NCBI GenBank assembly: GCA_947453295.1
Contig: CANGGD010000001.1
Coordinates: forward strand, 25,615-89,614
Reading direction: 5' to 3'
DNA: 64,000 nucleotides
From: Chitinophagaceae bacterium
Lineage (GTDB): Bacteria; Bacteroidota; Bacteroidia; Chitinophagales; Chitinophagaceae
Below are positions 1 through 10,900 of this stretch, in pieces. The first letter of the stretch is position 1. Each line of letters starts with the position of its first letter. The notes beneath the pieces were generated by a model, which had not been told where the DNA came from, did no database searches, and saw nothing but the letters and a program-made list of their open reading frames with translations. A program made the position numbers and the translations under genes.

Positions 1-486
1 TTCATTATCCTTTTTTTTCACCGAAAGTCTGTCGTTTGAAAGGGTAATTCTTCTCGCTTCGACAACCGATTCATCGGTTTTTCCAAGTGATAAATAATTA
101 ATGGCTTTATAAAAATTTAGCATGAAATATTCAAACTCTTCTCCTCTATAATTTTCCATCATAGGGTTGGTTAAATTACTGAGTGCCACTTCTTTCACGC
201 TTTTGTAATTAGATTCAAGCATATCATCTGCTTCATTCAAATATTGATTACTTAGCGTTTCATTATTTGTTAAATAATATAATCGGCCTAATTCGAAATT
301 GTATAAAAGCTTATTTCTTTGTTTTTTTAGCAGCTTGTTTTGTTCAATATTTCCTATTGCATGAACGAAAGAAGCATTTTTTAAGTTTGCAGAATAATCA
401 CTCATTAAACTGTTATAAGAGGAGCATGAATACACAAAAGGCATCAATAGAATTACTATCAATGCCCTTTGTGATTTTAATTTCAT
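1..486 (-). CDS. COG3014-family TPR-like lipoprotein (partial; runs off left edge)
   Basis: Not in the ORF track; read by hand. ATG at 486, open to base 1: MKLKSQRALIVILLMPFVYSC (lipobox) ... LLYNFELGRLYY ... NPMMENYRGEEFE ... YKAINYL ... VVEARR. Lies directly downstream of the LpoB-like gene, as COG3014 genes usually do. Confidence 0.7.
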   Translation of the reverse strand, partial: MKLKSQRALIVILLMPFVYSCSSYNSLMSDYSANLKNASFVHAIGNIEQNKLLKKQRNKLLYNFELGRLYYLTNNETLSNQYLNEADDMLESNYKSVKEVALSNLTNPMMENYRGEEFEYFMLNFYKAINYLSLGKTDESVVEARRITLSNDRLSVKKKDNE

Positions 487-519
487 TTCCAATTATTTAT
501 TCTGAATTGTGGGGAGGTT

Positions 520-1104
520 TTAGTTTTTAACCAACTTAGATATTTTCTTGTCTCCTATCCAAACCACTTCATTGGTTTCAATATTTGTTAGTTCTAAATT
601 GATTTGATAAGTAACAGATTTATTTCTTTTGTACGCATCTACTATTGAGTTTATTGATCCTTGTAAAATAAAATCAGCACCATTCTCTAAACCAAATCTC
701 TTCATTGTACTAACTGATGCGTTACTTTGCTGATCTCCTTTTTCGGCACGAAGCTCTTCTCTTTTTTTACCGCCTTGAACAAGACCAACCTTAGCTGTAT
801 TGATAAAAGCTCTTTCTAAATCTTTAATAAAAGTTTCCGCTTCGATATGCTCATGACTTTTATTCGTAATCATACCTACAATCACTACTGGCTTTTTCCC
901 TTTTTTGGATTCTGAAAAATTAGCCAACCAAGGAGTGTTCAAACTCTGACTAATCATATCATCTGCTGTTAACCTACTATCAGTATTATTCCACTTGCCA
1001 CTTATATCTGGTGTTTCATTAGATTCGATTCTAGTTACTTTGTGTGCACATGAAAACAACATCAAAATAAATGCAACTGCAGAAAATGTTTTTAAAAATT
1101 TCAT
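520..1104 (-). CDS. lpoB: LpoB-family (penicillin-binding protein activator-like, CsgG/TolB-N fold) lipoprotein
   Basis: Lipobox LFSC; D(I/L)SGKWNNTD, NKSHEHI, GADFIL.GSI, YQINLELTNIETNEVVW motifs typical of the LpoB family. Confidence 0.75.
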   Translation of the reverse strand: MKFLKTFSAVAFILMLFSCAHKVTRIESNETPDISGKWNNTDSRLTADDMISQSLNTPWLANFSESKKGKKPVVIVGMITNKSHEHIEAETFIKDLERAFINTAKVGLVQGGKKREELRAEKGDQQSNASVSTMKRFGLENGADFILQGSINSIVDAYKRNKSVTYQINLELTNIETNEVVWIGDKKISKLVKN

Positions 1105-1139
1105 ATCAATTTATTTGTAGGTTTTTTAATAAAAGGAAT

Positions 1140-1511
1140 TTAATATCTACATCTTCTTGAAAACATTCTGTCAAATCCATACATACACATCGGAGAGCCA
1201 ATATAATTATATGGGTTATTATAACTATTGAAAGAATAAAAAGGATATTGATTCGAATATTTGATGTAAGCTAAAACTCTTTGTTGTCTAAATTGTATTC
1301 TTTGTTGTTTTGATTCTTGCTTTGCTTCAGTCCAGTCGTAAGCTTTATAAGTTTCCTGAGCTGTTGTTCCCATTGAAGCAAGCAGTTTTTCCTGACCCAA
1401 TTCGTATTTTGCTTGGCTGATTTTATAATTAGGATTTTGGTTAGAGGCTTCTTGTGCTTTAATTAATAATGACGATGAAAGCACAAATAATGTTAAAATA
1501 ACTTTTTTCAT
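1140..1511 (-). CDS. hypothetical secreted protein
   Basis: 123-aa ORF with signal peptide ending LIKA|QE; co-oriented between tig and lpoB. Confidence 0.6.
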   Translation of the reverse strand: MKKVILTLFVLSSSLLIKAQEASNQNPNYKISQAKYELGQEKLLASMGTTAQETYKAYDWTEAKQESKQQRIQFRQQRVLAYIKYSNQYPFYSFNSYNNPYNYIGSPMCMYGFDRMFSRRCRY

Positions 1512-1599
1512 ACTCTAATTTTTTATTGTCAAATATAAAATTTCAATTTAAAAAACAAAAGAAAAGTTTGTTAAAGATAACTATTGGTATTTCAAATAA

Positions 1600-2967
1600 T
1601 TAATGACTATGATTATGTTGCATAGCCGCTAATTCTTCTGGAGTAACTTTTTTGTCTTTTGTTTTTACTTGATTTTCAAGGAAATCAAATAGTCGCTCTG
1701 TAATCATTCTGCGGTAGGTAGCGTCTACTTGTTTTTCGTCTTTCATCATTCTATCAATGTAACTGTCTAACCAACTCATATCTTCGCCCATATTCATTTG
1801 TCCGAAATAACGCATTACTTCTTCTTTCATGTGCGATTTCAAATCTTCGTCTGTTACTTCTAATTTATTATCAATGATAATCTTATCACTGATTAATGTC
1901 CATTTTAATTGATTGCTGAATGTTGGATATTCTTTCTCCGCTTCTTCCGCTGTTTTAGGCTTTTCTCCTCCTGTTTGCAACCATCTTTTTAAGAAGTCTG
2001 AAGGAAATTCCATCGGCGTTTTATCCAATAACAAATGATACAACTGATCATGTAATTGGTTGCGTGTTTGTGAAGTCCAATACTTTTCAATTTCTTCTTT
2101 TAGGGCTTTTCTTAATTCTACTTCAGAAGTAATTCCTTTTCCAGGATATACTTCGTTAAAAAATTCTTCGTTCAATTCTCTTTTTTCTACTAAGCCGATT
2201 TTTACAATATCTAATTTGAAATATTTTGATGCGTGTTCTTTATTTCCTTTTTCCAAACCCAAATCATGCAACATCATATCCAACTTATCGTCTTCAAATG
2301 TTTTGCTTAATTGAAAAACAACACAGTCGGCCATTTTTTTACCTTTCAATTCTTTTTGCATTTTTGGTGTGAAGTATTTCAACAAAACAGAATTTTCTTT
2401 GCTTATAGGATTCTCAACAACATTTCCTTCTTTGTCGCACTCTGTAAATAATACATTCAATACATTTTCTTCATTGTCTATCACTTCAGGCTCTGTCATT
2501 TTACCACCCTTAATTTGCATACGATTAACCTCTTCGCTCACCATTTCATCATTTACTTCAACACTATGTCTAGTAAGGGTTTCTTTAGAAAAATTAGGTA
2601 ATTCAAATGCAGGTTTTAATCCCATTTCGAAAGAAAAATCATAATCTGCTGGCTCATTTAAATTCATTTTACTGAATTCAGATTCCAAAGGAAGGGGTTG
2701 CGCAAAAATATCTGGCTTTTCTTCATTCAAGTAAGTATATAATTTTTTCTCTGCAGTTTTTAATACTTCTTCATTGAAAATAGAAGGACCGTACATTTTT
2801 TTTATCATGCCAACAGGAACCATGCCTTTTCTAAAACCCGGGATATTAGCTGTTTTGCTGTATTCTTTCAATTTTTTTTCAAAAGAACTGAAATACTCCT
2901 CTTTAGTTACTTTGATAGTGATTTTGTCGGTTAGCAACCCGATGTTTTCTCTTACTACAGTTGACAT
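1600..2967 (-). CDS. tig: trigger factor
   Basis: Ribosome-binding signature IPGFRKGMVP; 455 aa; preceded by tRNA-Leu. Confidence 0.95.
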   Translation of the reverse strand: MSTVVRENIGLLTDKITIKVTKEEYFSSFEKKLKEYSKTANIPGFRKGMVPVGMIKKMYGPSIFNEEVLKTAEKKLYTYLNEEKPDIFAQPLPLESEFSKMNLNEPADYDFSFEMGLKPAFELPNFSKETLTRHSVEVNDEMVSEEVNRMQIKGGKMTEPEVIDNEENVLNVLFTECDKEGNVVENPISKENSVLLKYFTPKMQKELKGKKMADCVVFQLSKTFEDDKLDMMLHDLGLEKGNKEHASKYFKLDIVKIGLVEKRELNEEFFNEVYPGKGITSEVELRKALKEEIEKYWTSQTRNQLHDQLYHLLLDKTPMEFPSDFLKRWLQTGGEKPKTAEEAEKEYPTFSNQLKWTLISDKIIIDNKLEVTDEDLKSHMKEEVMRYFGQMNMGEDMSWLDSYIDRMMKDEKQVDATYRRMITERLFDFLENQVKTKDKKVTPEELAAMQHNHSH

Positions 2968-2997
2968 GTGTTATATTTTGAAACGTGAATAAATTAA

Positions 2998-3055
2998 AAG
3001 TTGATAAGTCAATGGAGATGACGTTTTCAGTCATTTTACCAAGACTTACCAACTT
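2998..3055 (-). other. extended stem-loop between tRNA-Leu and tig (terminator or processing element)
   Basis: Minus strand AAGTTGGTAAGTC...GACTTATCAACTT (13 bp, one G-U) encloses TGG/CCA and ATGAC/GTCAT inner stems; a short U-run follows. Confidence 0.55.
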
Positions 3056-3062
3056 CAATGTG

Positions 3063-3144
3063 TGCGGATGATAGGGGTCGAACCTACATGCCTCGCGGCG
3101 CCAGATCCTAAGTCTGGTGCGTCTGCCAATTTCGCCACATCCGC
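3063..3144 (-). tRNA. trnL: tRNA-Leu(TAG)
   Basis: GCGGATG/CATCCGC acceptor stem, D-loop TGGCGAAATTGGCAGACGC, anticodon arm CCAGA-CT-TAG-GA-TCTGG, long variable arm, T-loop GTTCGAC; CCA not encoded. Confidence 0.97.
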
Positions 3145-3172
3145 TTATTTGTATTGAACTACAAACGGGGGG

Positions 3173-3180
3173 CAAAACTA
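3173..3180 (-). promoter_or_regulatory. Bacteroidota sigma-A -7 element for tRNA-Leu/tig
   Basis: TAGTTTTG matches TAnnTTTG, about 30 nt upstream of the tRNA. Confidence 0.6.
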
Positions 3181-3278
3181 AGGTTTTTTGTTGGAAAAAC
3201 TAAAAATATAATGAAGGAATTATGGTCATAGTGTTGTAGTTATTGAACATTGGCCCTTTTATTCTAAATTCGTACTTG

Positions 3279-5516
3279 ATGCCAACAACAGATTCCATAC
3301 CAATTTACACTTTAACAGAAGCAGAAGAAAAGAAAGCAATTGTTAGAGAATACCGGTCTTTATTGAAAGCCCTAAAGGAAAAAATAAAGCCCGGTGACAA
3401 GGAGCTTATTCGTAGCGCTTTTGAAATGGCAACAGATGCACACAAAACGATGCGTAGAAAAAGTGGGGAACCCTATATTTTACACCCCATTGCCGTAGCA
3501 AAAATTTGTGTTGAAGAAATTGGATTGGGCGTTAGAAGTACAATTTGTGCTTTAATGCATGATACGGTTGAAGATACTGATATTACACTTGATGATGTTC
3601 AAAGAGAGTTTGGATTTGAAATTGCAAAAATCGTGGACGGACTTACCAAAATATCCACGGTAATGGATGCGAACACCAGTCAGCAAGCAGAGAATTTCAA
3701 AAAAATATTATTAACGCTTACCGATGATCCAAGAGTAATTCTTATCAAATTGGCCGATCGTTTGCATAATATGCGCACTCTTGACAGTGTAAAAAGGGAA
3801 AAGCAATTAAAAATAGCATCGGAAACTGTGTATGTATATGCGCCTCTAGCGCATAGAATGGGTTTGTATTCTATCAAAACCGAAATGGAAGATCTGTCTA
3901 TGAAGTACATGGAGACAGATACTTATAAATTTATTGCCAAAAAATTACAAGAAACCAAGAGAGAGAGAACCAGGTTTATCAATGATTTTATTCGTCCATT
4001 AAAAGAAAAACTTCAAACAACAGGGTTGGATTTTGACATTTATGGTCGTCCAAAAAGTATTCATTCTATTTGGTCGAAAATTAAAAAGAAGGGTGTTTCT
4101 TTTGAGGAGGTGTATGATTTATTTGCCATTAGGATTATTGTAAATTCATTGCCCGAAAAAGAAAAAGAAGATTGCTGGAAGGTATATAGCATTATTACAG
4201 ATGAGTATAATCCTTCACCAGAAAGGCTTCGCGATTGGTTAAGCAATCCCAAGAGTAATGGGTATGAAGCCCTTCACACAACCGTAATGGGTCCTCAGGG
4301 AAAATGGGTGGAGGTGCAAATCAGAACCAAAAGAATGAATGAAATTGCTGAGAAGGGTTTAGCAGCACATTGGAAATACAAAGAAGGAAAAGATGATGAA
4401 AGTCGTTTTGATAAATGGTTTAATCAAATCAGAGAAGCGCTTGCCAATCAAGATACAAACTCTCTGGATTTTTTACAGGATTTTAAAACCTCGTTCCTTG
4501 CAGAAGAAATTTATGTGTACACCCCTAAAGGAGACGTCAAGATGCTACCAATTGGTGCTACTGCTCTTGACTTTGCATTTAGTGTACACACTGCTGTTGG
4601 TAGCAAATGTATTGGCGCAAAAGTAAACCACAAACTTGTGCCAATTGGTTACAAATTGCGCAGTGGCGATCAAATTGAAATCATTACCAGTGCCAAACAA
4701 AAGCCCAATAATGAGTGGTTAAATTTTGTAGTAACTACAAAAGCAAGGGCCAAGATTAAAGATTCCTTAAAAGAAGAAAAACGACAAGTGGCGGATCAAG
4801 GCAAAAGTATTTTAGAAAGAAAGTTCAATGCCATGAATGCGGCAATGAATCAGCATAATCTTGAAGAACTTGCGGGCTTTTATAAAATCAACAGCACATT
4901 AGATTTGTTGTATGAAATCGCTATAAAGAAAATAGATCTTAAAGAGTTAAAAGAATTTACGGTTCATGGCGATAAAATTATTTCGCCAAAACCAATAAAA
5001 ATTCCTGAAGAAAAATCAGTTGGAATTGAAGGAAAGCCATTGTCTAAAAAAGATACCGAACTTGTAATCTTTGGAGAGAGCAGTGATAAAATAATGTACA
5101 CATTAGCCAACTGTTGTAAGCCCATTCCTGGAGATGATGTGTTTGGTTTTATTACAACAGGAGAAGGGTTAAAAATTCACCGAACAAATTGTCCGAATGC
5201 CACTCGATTACTGGCAAATCATGCGCATCGTGTTGTAAAAACGAAATGGGCAAAGAATAAGGAAATTTCTTTTCTTACAGGATTAAAAATTATTGGGTTA
5301 GATGATGTAGGGGTAATACATAAAATCACGAATTTAATTAGCGGAGAATTGAAGGTAAATATATCGGCGATGTCTATCGAAGCGAATGATGGAATATTCG
5401 AAGGCAATGTAAAAGTGTTTGTAAAAGACAAAGAGCAACTCGAAAACTTAGTAAAGAATTTATTGATGCTGCCAGGCATTGAAAAAGTAGACAGGTATGA
5501 GACTGAGGAGAAGTGA
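3279..5516 (+). CDS. relA: bifunctional (p)ppGpp synthetase/hydrolase (long RSH)
   Basis: RRKSGEPYILHP, intact HD motif HDTVED, LIKLADRLHNMRTL, EVQIRT, TGS domain (DFAF.VHT.VG), CC and ACT domains. ATG at 3279 preferred over the TTG at 3243. Confidence 0.95.
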   Translation: MPTTDSIPIYTLTEAEEKKAIVREYRSLLKALKEKIKPGDKELIRSAFEMATDAHKTMRRKSGEPYILHPIAVAKICVEEIGLGVRSTICALMHDTVEDTDITLDDVQREFGFEIAKIVDGLTKISTVMDANTSQQAENFKKILLTLTDDPRVILIKLADRLHNMRTLDSVKREKQLKIASETVYVYAPLAHRMGLYSIKTEMEDLSMKYMETDTYKFIAKKLQETKRERTRFINDFIRPLKEKLQTTGLDFDIYGRPKSIHSIWSKIKKKGVSFEEVYDLFAIRIIVNSLPEKEKEDCWKVYSIITDEYNPSPERLRDWLSNPKSNGYEALHTTVMGPQGKWVEVQIRTKRMNEIAEKGLAAHWKYKEGKDDESRFDKWFNQIREALANQDTNSLDFLQDFKTSFLAEEIYVYTPKGDVKMLPIGATALDFAFSVHTAVGSKCIGAKVNHKLVPIGYKLRSGDQIEIITSAKQKPNNEWLNFVVTTKARAKIKDSLKEEKRQVADQGKSILERKFNAMNAAMNQHNLEELAGFYKINSTLDLLYEIAIKKIDLKELKEFTVHGDKIISPKPIKIPEEKSVGIEGKPLSKKDTELVIFGESSDKIMYTLANCCKPIPGDDVFGFITTGEGLKIHRTNCPNATRLLANHAHRVVKTKWAKNKEISFLTGLKIIGLDDVGVIHKITNLISGELKVNISAMSIEANDGIFEGNVKVFVKDKEQLENLVKNLLMLPGIEKVDRYETEEK

Positions 5517-5596
5517 TGATTTTAATTACTCTAAAATATTTTCATTACGATTTGATTTTACAATCGGCAGCATTAAGCACATTTATTTCCAATGTT

Positions 5597-5989
5597 TTAA
5601 TCATCCAATAAATCACTTAAATGAAGTCTTAGTGCATTTACAGAAATACTTATTTCCCAAAAAGAAATGCCTAATGAAATTAAAAGAGAAAGTAAGCTTG
5701 CTCCGAAAATATAGATGCCAACTTCAGGATGTTCTAAAAAAAGTATTAGCATCGTAAATACAGAAAGAAACAAACACAACACACCAAACAATTGCATATA
5801 TCTAATCAACGTCAGTCTCAAATTCAGGTTTTTAATTTCTAATAAAATGCTTTTGTTTTCTTTTTCCTGATAAGTTTTTTTAAGCCCTCTAATTAATTGC
5901 GCAATAGTTAAAAATCGATTGGTGTATGCTAATAGTATCAACGAACAGGCAGAAAATAATAAGGCTGGTGTTTCAATACTAAGTTTCAT
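5597..5989 (-). CDS. DUF2721-family membrane protein
   Basis: TPALLFSA.SLILLAYTNRF, RLTLIR.MQ, WEI.IS.NAL pattern; three hydrophobic segments. Confidence 0.75.
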   Translation of the reverse strand: MKLSIETPALLFSACSLILLAYTNRFLTIAQLIRGLKKTYQEKENKSILLEIKNLNLRLTLIRYMQLFGVLCLFLSVFTMLILFLEHPEVGIYIFGASLLSLLISLGISFWEISISVNALRLHLSDLLDD

Positions 5990-6069
5990 TTTGGTGTGTT
6001 TTTTGAAAATTAAAAAGTAAACAGATGTTCTAAACTAACTCATTTTTTTACACGGTGTATTTTATAAAT

Positions 6070-6096
6070 AAAAAAAGGAGTGATTGCTCACTCCTT
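6070..6096 (-). terminator. intrinsic terminator of atpA
   Basis: AAGGAGTGA-ttgc-TCACTCCTT 9-bp stem with an A-run on its left (U-tract on minus strand), 20 nt after the atpA stop. Confidence 0.8.
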
Positions 6097-6116
6097 AAAT
6101 ATTGATTTTTAAAAAA

Positions 6117-7694
6117 TTATTTGTATTGAGCTCCTAATGAAAGTGCTAAATCTTTAACTGTTTTTAATGCATCATCAGCTAAATTTCCTTTTTTAAATTC
6201 AGCTAAAATTTCTGGATGTTTGTTTTCCATTTCTAGTAAAAAATGTTCTTCAAAAGCTTTTACATTTCTAACGGCAACGTCTTTTAATAAGCCTTGCGTT
6301 CCTAAATAAATAATTGCTACTTGTTTTTCTACTGAGAAAGGAGAATATTGAGCTTGTTTAAGAATTTCAACGTTTCTAGCTCCTTTATCAATTACATTTT
6401 TTGTTGCGGCATCCAAGTCTCCTCCGAATTTAGAGAACGCTTCCAACTCACGATATAAAGCCTGATCTAGCTTTAATGTTCCTGCTACTTTTTTCATTGA
6501 TTTAATCTGTGCATTACCACCCACACGACTTACAGAAATTCCCACATTAATCGCAGGTCTGATACCAGCATTAAATAAATTATTTTCTAAGAATATCTGT
6601 CCGTCTGTAATTGAGATTACGTTCGTAGGAATATATGCAGATACGTCACCAGCTTGTGTTTCAATAATTGGTAATGCAGTTAATGATCCTCCTCCTTTTA
6701 CCAAATGTTTGATTGATTCTGGTAAATCATTCATTTGTTTTGCAATATCATCTTTTGCTATCACTTTAGCAGCTCTTTCCAATAAACGACTATGTAAATA
6801 GAATACATCTCCAGGATATGCCTCACGGCCTGGTGGACGACGAAGCAATAAGGATACTTCACGATACGCTACAGCTTGTTTTGATAAATCATCATAAATA
6901 ATTAAAGCCGGACGACCAGTATCTCTAAAAAATTCTCCGATTGCAGCACCGGCAAATGGAGCATAGAATTGTAATGGCGCTGGATCTGAAGCAGATGCGG
7001 CTACAATTGTAGTATATGCCATTGCTCCATTTTCTTCCAACGTTTTCATTATTCCAGCAATTGTTGATGCCTTTTGACCAATCGCTACATATATACAATA
7101 AACAGGCTTTCCTGCAGCAAAAAACTCTTTTTGATTGATGATAGTATCAATAGCAATAGCGGTTTTACCAGTTTGACGATCGCCAATGATCAACTCACGC
7201 TGACCACGACCAATTGGAATCATTGCGTCAATTGCTTTAATACCGGTTTGTAAAGGTTCTTTTACAGGCTCTCTAAAAATAACCCCAGGCGCTTTACGCT
7301 CAAGTGGCATTTCATATAATTCACCTTTTAATGGACCTTTTCCATCAATTGGTTCACCCAAAGTATTGATAACTCTTCCACTCATTCCTTCTCCCACCTT
7401 AATAGAAGCGATTTTTGAGGTTCTTTTTACTTTATCACCCTCTTTAATTTCTCCACTGTCTCCCATCAAAACCACACCCACATTGTCTTCTTCAAGGTTT
7501 AAAGCGATGGCTTTTACGCCATTATCAAACTCAACTAGTTCTCCCGAACGTACATTGTTTAATCCATAAACTCGAGCAATACCATCTCCTACTTGAAGAA
7601 CAGTACCTACCTCTTCTAAACTCGCACCTACATTAAAGTTGCTTAACTGTTGGCGAAGAATTGCTGAAATTTCATCTGGTTTAATTTCTACCAT
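6117..7694 (-). CDS. atpA: F1Fo ATP synthase subunit alpha
   Basis: Walker [49 protein letters not shown]. Confidence 0.99.
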   Translation of the reverse strand: MVEIKPDEISAILRQQLSNFNVGASLEEVGTVLQVGDGIARVYGLNNVRSGELVEFDNGVKAIALNLEEDNVGVVLMGDSGEIKEGDKVKRTSKIASIKVGEGMSGRVINTLGEPIDGKGPLKGELYEMPLERKAPGVIFREPVKEPLQTGIKAIDAMIPIGRGQRELIIGDRQTGKTAIAIDTIINQKEFFAAGKPVYCIYVAIGQKASTIAGIMKTLEENGAMAYTTIVAASASDPAPLQFYAPFAGAAIGEFFRDTGRPALIIYDDLSKQAVAYREVSLLLRRPPGREAYPGDVFYLHSRLLERAAKVIAKDDIAKQMNDLPESIKHLVKGGGSLTALPIIETQAGDVSAYIPTNVISITDGQIFLENNLFNAGIRPAINVGISVSRVGGNAQIKSMKKVAGTLKLDQALYRELEAFSKFGGDLDAATKNVIDKGARNVEILKQAQYSPFSVEKQVAIIYLGTQGLLKDVAVRNVKAFEEHFLLEMENKHPEILAEFKKGNLADDALKTVKDLALSLGAQYK

Positions 7695-7763
7695 ATTTTA
7701 AAATTTTATATGTCCCGTTTAGTTGTAAAAAAGCATACTAAACAAATTGCTTAAAAATCGTCG

Positions 7764-7794
7764 CAAAGGTAGGGTTGAGAGCGCTAACAACAAA
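7764..7794 (-). promoter_or_regulatory. complete Bacteroidota promoter for atpA
   Basis: Minus strand TTTG (7791-7794), 19-nt spacer, TACCTTTG (7764-7771): canonical -33/-7 consensus. Confidence 0.75.
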
Positions 7795-7926
7795 AAAATT
7801 ATTAATACTCTTTGCATTTCATTGGTAATAATTAAAAATCCGAGAATTTAACATCAGGCTATTTAAAAAATTTGTAATTTTCATCCTCGATTTTTTTATA
7901 AAAAATTAATAATCAATACTTATATC

Positions 7927-10900
7927 ATGAGAAACGGAATTTTACTTGCTTTTTTTGTTTTCGGATTTTTTGTTGCTAATGCACAAATTGATAACGATGC
8001 AATTGCCAGACAGTTGGTCGAAAAAAATCAAAAAAATATTGGGCTGTCAAAACAAGACTTATCAAATTTTTTCGTCAGTGATAATTATATTGATAATGTT
8101 TCTGGTGCAAGACTTGTTTATTTACAACAATCTTATTTGGATTTGCCGGTGTACAATGAAATGCAGGTGCTTGCTTTTAAACAAGACCAATTGATTTCAA
8201 AATCTGGCGGAAGAATTACAGGCATAGAAAAAATTACAAATGGAAACAAAGGCATCCCTACTATTTCTGCTACAGATGCTGTAATTACTGCACTTAAAGA
8301 TAGAAAAGTTAAATTCAGCAAGAGTCCAATGGTTGTGGGAAGTGAAAAAAACGGGCATCTGATTGTGTTTGATAACATGGGAATTGCCAGAGAAAATATT
8401 ACTGCAGAATTAATGTGGGTTCCTGTTGAAGACGGCAAAAGAGTATGCTTGGCATGGCAGGTTTATATTATTCCAAACACCACTTCTGATTTTTGGATGG
8501 TTAGAATAAATGCAACTGATAACACTGTACTTAATTTTAATAACCTTACTGTTTATTGTAATTGGGGCGAACCTACCAATGCAGCAAATAATTCAGAAAA
8601 CCATACACATTCAAATGTTGGTGCTGCTGCTAGCATTAATCATACTGCTAATAATTTGTTTGATTTTACACAAAATCAAACGACAAATGAATTTTCATTA
8701 TCGCCTTCAGTTATCAATAATGCCACATATAGAGTAGTGCCTTATCCATCTGAAAGTCCGAAGCATTTTGCAGATACAACTGCAATTGTTTCTAATCCTT
8801 GGAATAATAATGTTAACACTAATGCTGCTTCATTAAAATGGCATAGCAATGGAACAACAGATTATAGTTTCACTAAAGGAAATAATGTTTGGGCTGTAGA
8901 AGACAGAGATGGAAATAATGCAACTACGGGGTCTGCAGCATTTTCTACATCAACGTCAGATCCATTAGCTTTTGAGTTTAAACCCAACTTTACTCAAAGT
9001 CCAACTACTGCAACAACTGCAATTCCAAATCAGCAATTCAACATCACCAATTTGTTTTATTGGAACAATATCATTCATGATATTACTTATGCTTATGGAT
9101 TTGATGAAGTATCCGGAAATTTTCAGGCAAACAATCAGGGTAGAGGTGGTAACGGAAACGATTATGTGTTAGCAGATGCGCAAGATGGAGCTGGTACAAA
9201 TAATGCAAATTTTGCAACACCTGCAGACGGCTCTAGTGGAAGAATGCAGATGTATTTATGGAACGGATCTCCACAAAAAGATGGAGATGTAGATAATGGA
9301 ATAGTTACCCATGAATATGCTCATGGGATCAGTAACAGACTTACAGGAGGACCTGCTCAAGCAGGTTGTTTATCAAATGCAGAACAAATGGGTGAAGGAT
9401 GGAGTGATTATTTTGCTTTGATGTATACTCAAAACTGGGCAATAGCAAACTTAAATACAGGTTTTTCATCCTCAAGACCTATGGGTACTTACGCAATTGG
9501 TCAGGCTGTTAATGGTGCGGGTATTCGTACAAAAAAATATTGCACCAATTTTACTGTAAACAATTTAGTTTATTCTAATAATACCACTTTAATGGGCGAA
9601 TCTCATAACAGAGGAGAATTATGGTGTGCAACGCTTTGGGATATGACATGGAATATCATTACTCAAGTAGGAACTATTAATCCAAATCTCTATAATGCAA
9701 ATGCTGCGGGCGGTAACAGCATTGCACTAAAATTAGTTACTGAAGGAATGAAATTACAGCCTTGTAGCCCTGGTTTTATTGATGGCAGAGATGCTATTTT
9801 ACAAGCAGACCAAATTTTATATAACGGAGCTTATAGCTGTGCGATTAGAGAGGCTTTCAGAAGAAGAGGAATGGGTGCATTTGCTTCGCAAGGTTCATCT
9901 GGAAGTACTACAGACCAAGTGCCTGATTTTACTTTAGGAAGTGCTACTCAAGGATTAACTCAAAGTGTTACTGAAGTACTAGAAGGCGATAACATAACAT
10001 ATACGAATACACTAACTGCTGATGCTTGTGGCACAGTAAGTAACTTTCTATTAACAGACACCTTGCCGCTTAATGTTACGTATGTAAGCGGAGGTTCTTA
10101 TAATGCTGCAAATAGAGTGGTAAGTTTTCCTGTGAATTTAACAGCCGGACAGGTTCAGCAATATCAATTTACAGTAAAAGTAAATGCTGGAGCATATTTT
10201 CCAACGGTTACGCTTTTTGAAGATCTAGTTCCCAATGGAACGGCTACTCCAACTTGGACTCCTACTACAAATTCTACTGCTAATTGGGCGGTTTCAGAAG
10301 CAAGAAGCTTTAGCCCCACTCGCTCGTATTTCTCCTCTAACTTAGATACATTATCTGATGAAAGACTAACACTTACAACACCAATAAACTTAGGAAGCAA
10401 TCCTCCGAGATTATCCTTCCGTCATTGGTTCAATACAGAAAGTACTTACGATGGTGGTGTTTTAGAAATTAGCACTAACGGTGGAACTACCTGGACTGAC
10501 GTTCAAAACAATATTTTAAAAGGTGGTTACATTGCTACTATGGATGCTACTACGATTATTCCGGGAAGAAAAGCTTGGAGTGGAAGCAGCAATAACAAAT
10601 TCATTAAAACTATTGTAAACTTGTTGCCTTATGCAAATCAGAGTGTACTGTTTAGATTCAGATTCAGTTCTGATGTTGGTACTGCTGTAGAAGGCTGGTA
10701 TATTGATGATATTGCTATTAAAAATCAAGCCGTAGTTGAAATGCAAAGTAATCTATACAATGCAAGCAATGTAAAGGTTTTAGAAATAGATACATTTACA
10801 ATCATTCTTCCAACCAATAATTGTGTGAATGCGGCAATAAACACTCCACCTGCAAATGCTAATGTTTGTATTGGAAACAACGCAACTTTTTCAACTTCAG

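Noticed and set aside
267-530. 87-aa + strand ORF from the track
   Set aside because: It is antisense to the real COG3014-like gene (1-486, minus strand), which has a lipobox and family motifs.
2903-3175. 90-aa minus-strand ORF
   Set aside because: It spans the tRNA-Leu gene and the intergenic hairpin; no protein features.
7695-7926. Repeats marking the proposed inversion breakpoints (compared with ~30600-30620)
   Set aside because: No shared direct or inverted repeat or IS remnant was visible at the two junctions, so the inversion remains a synteny inference.
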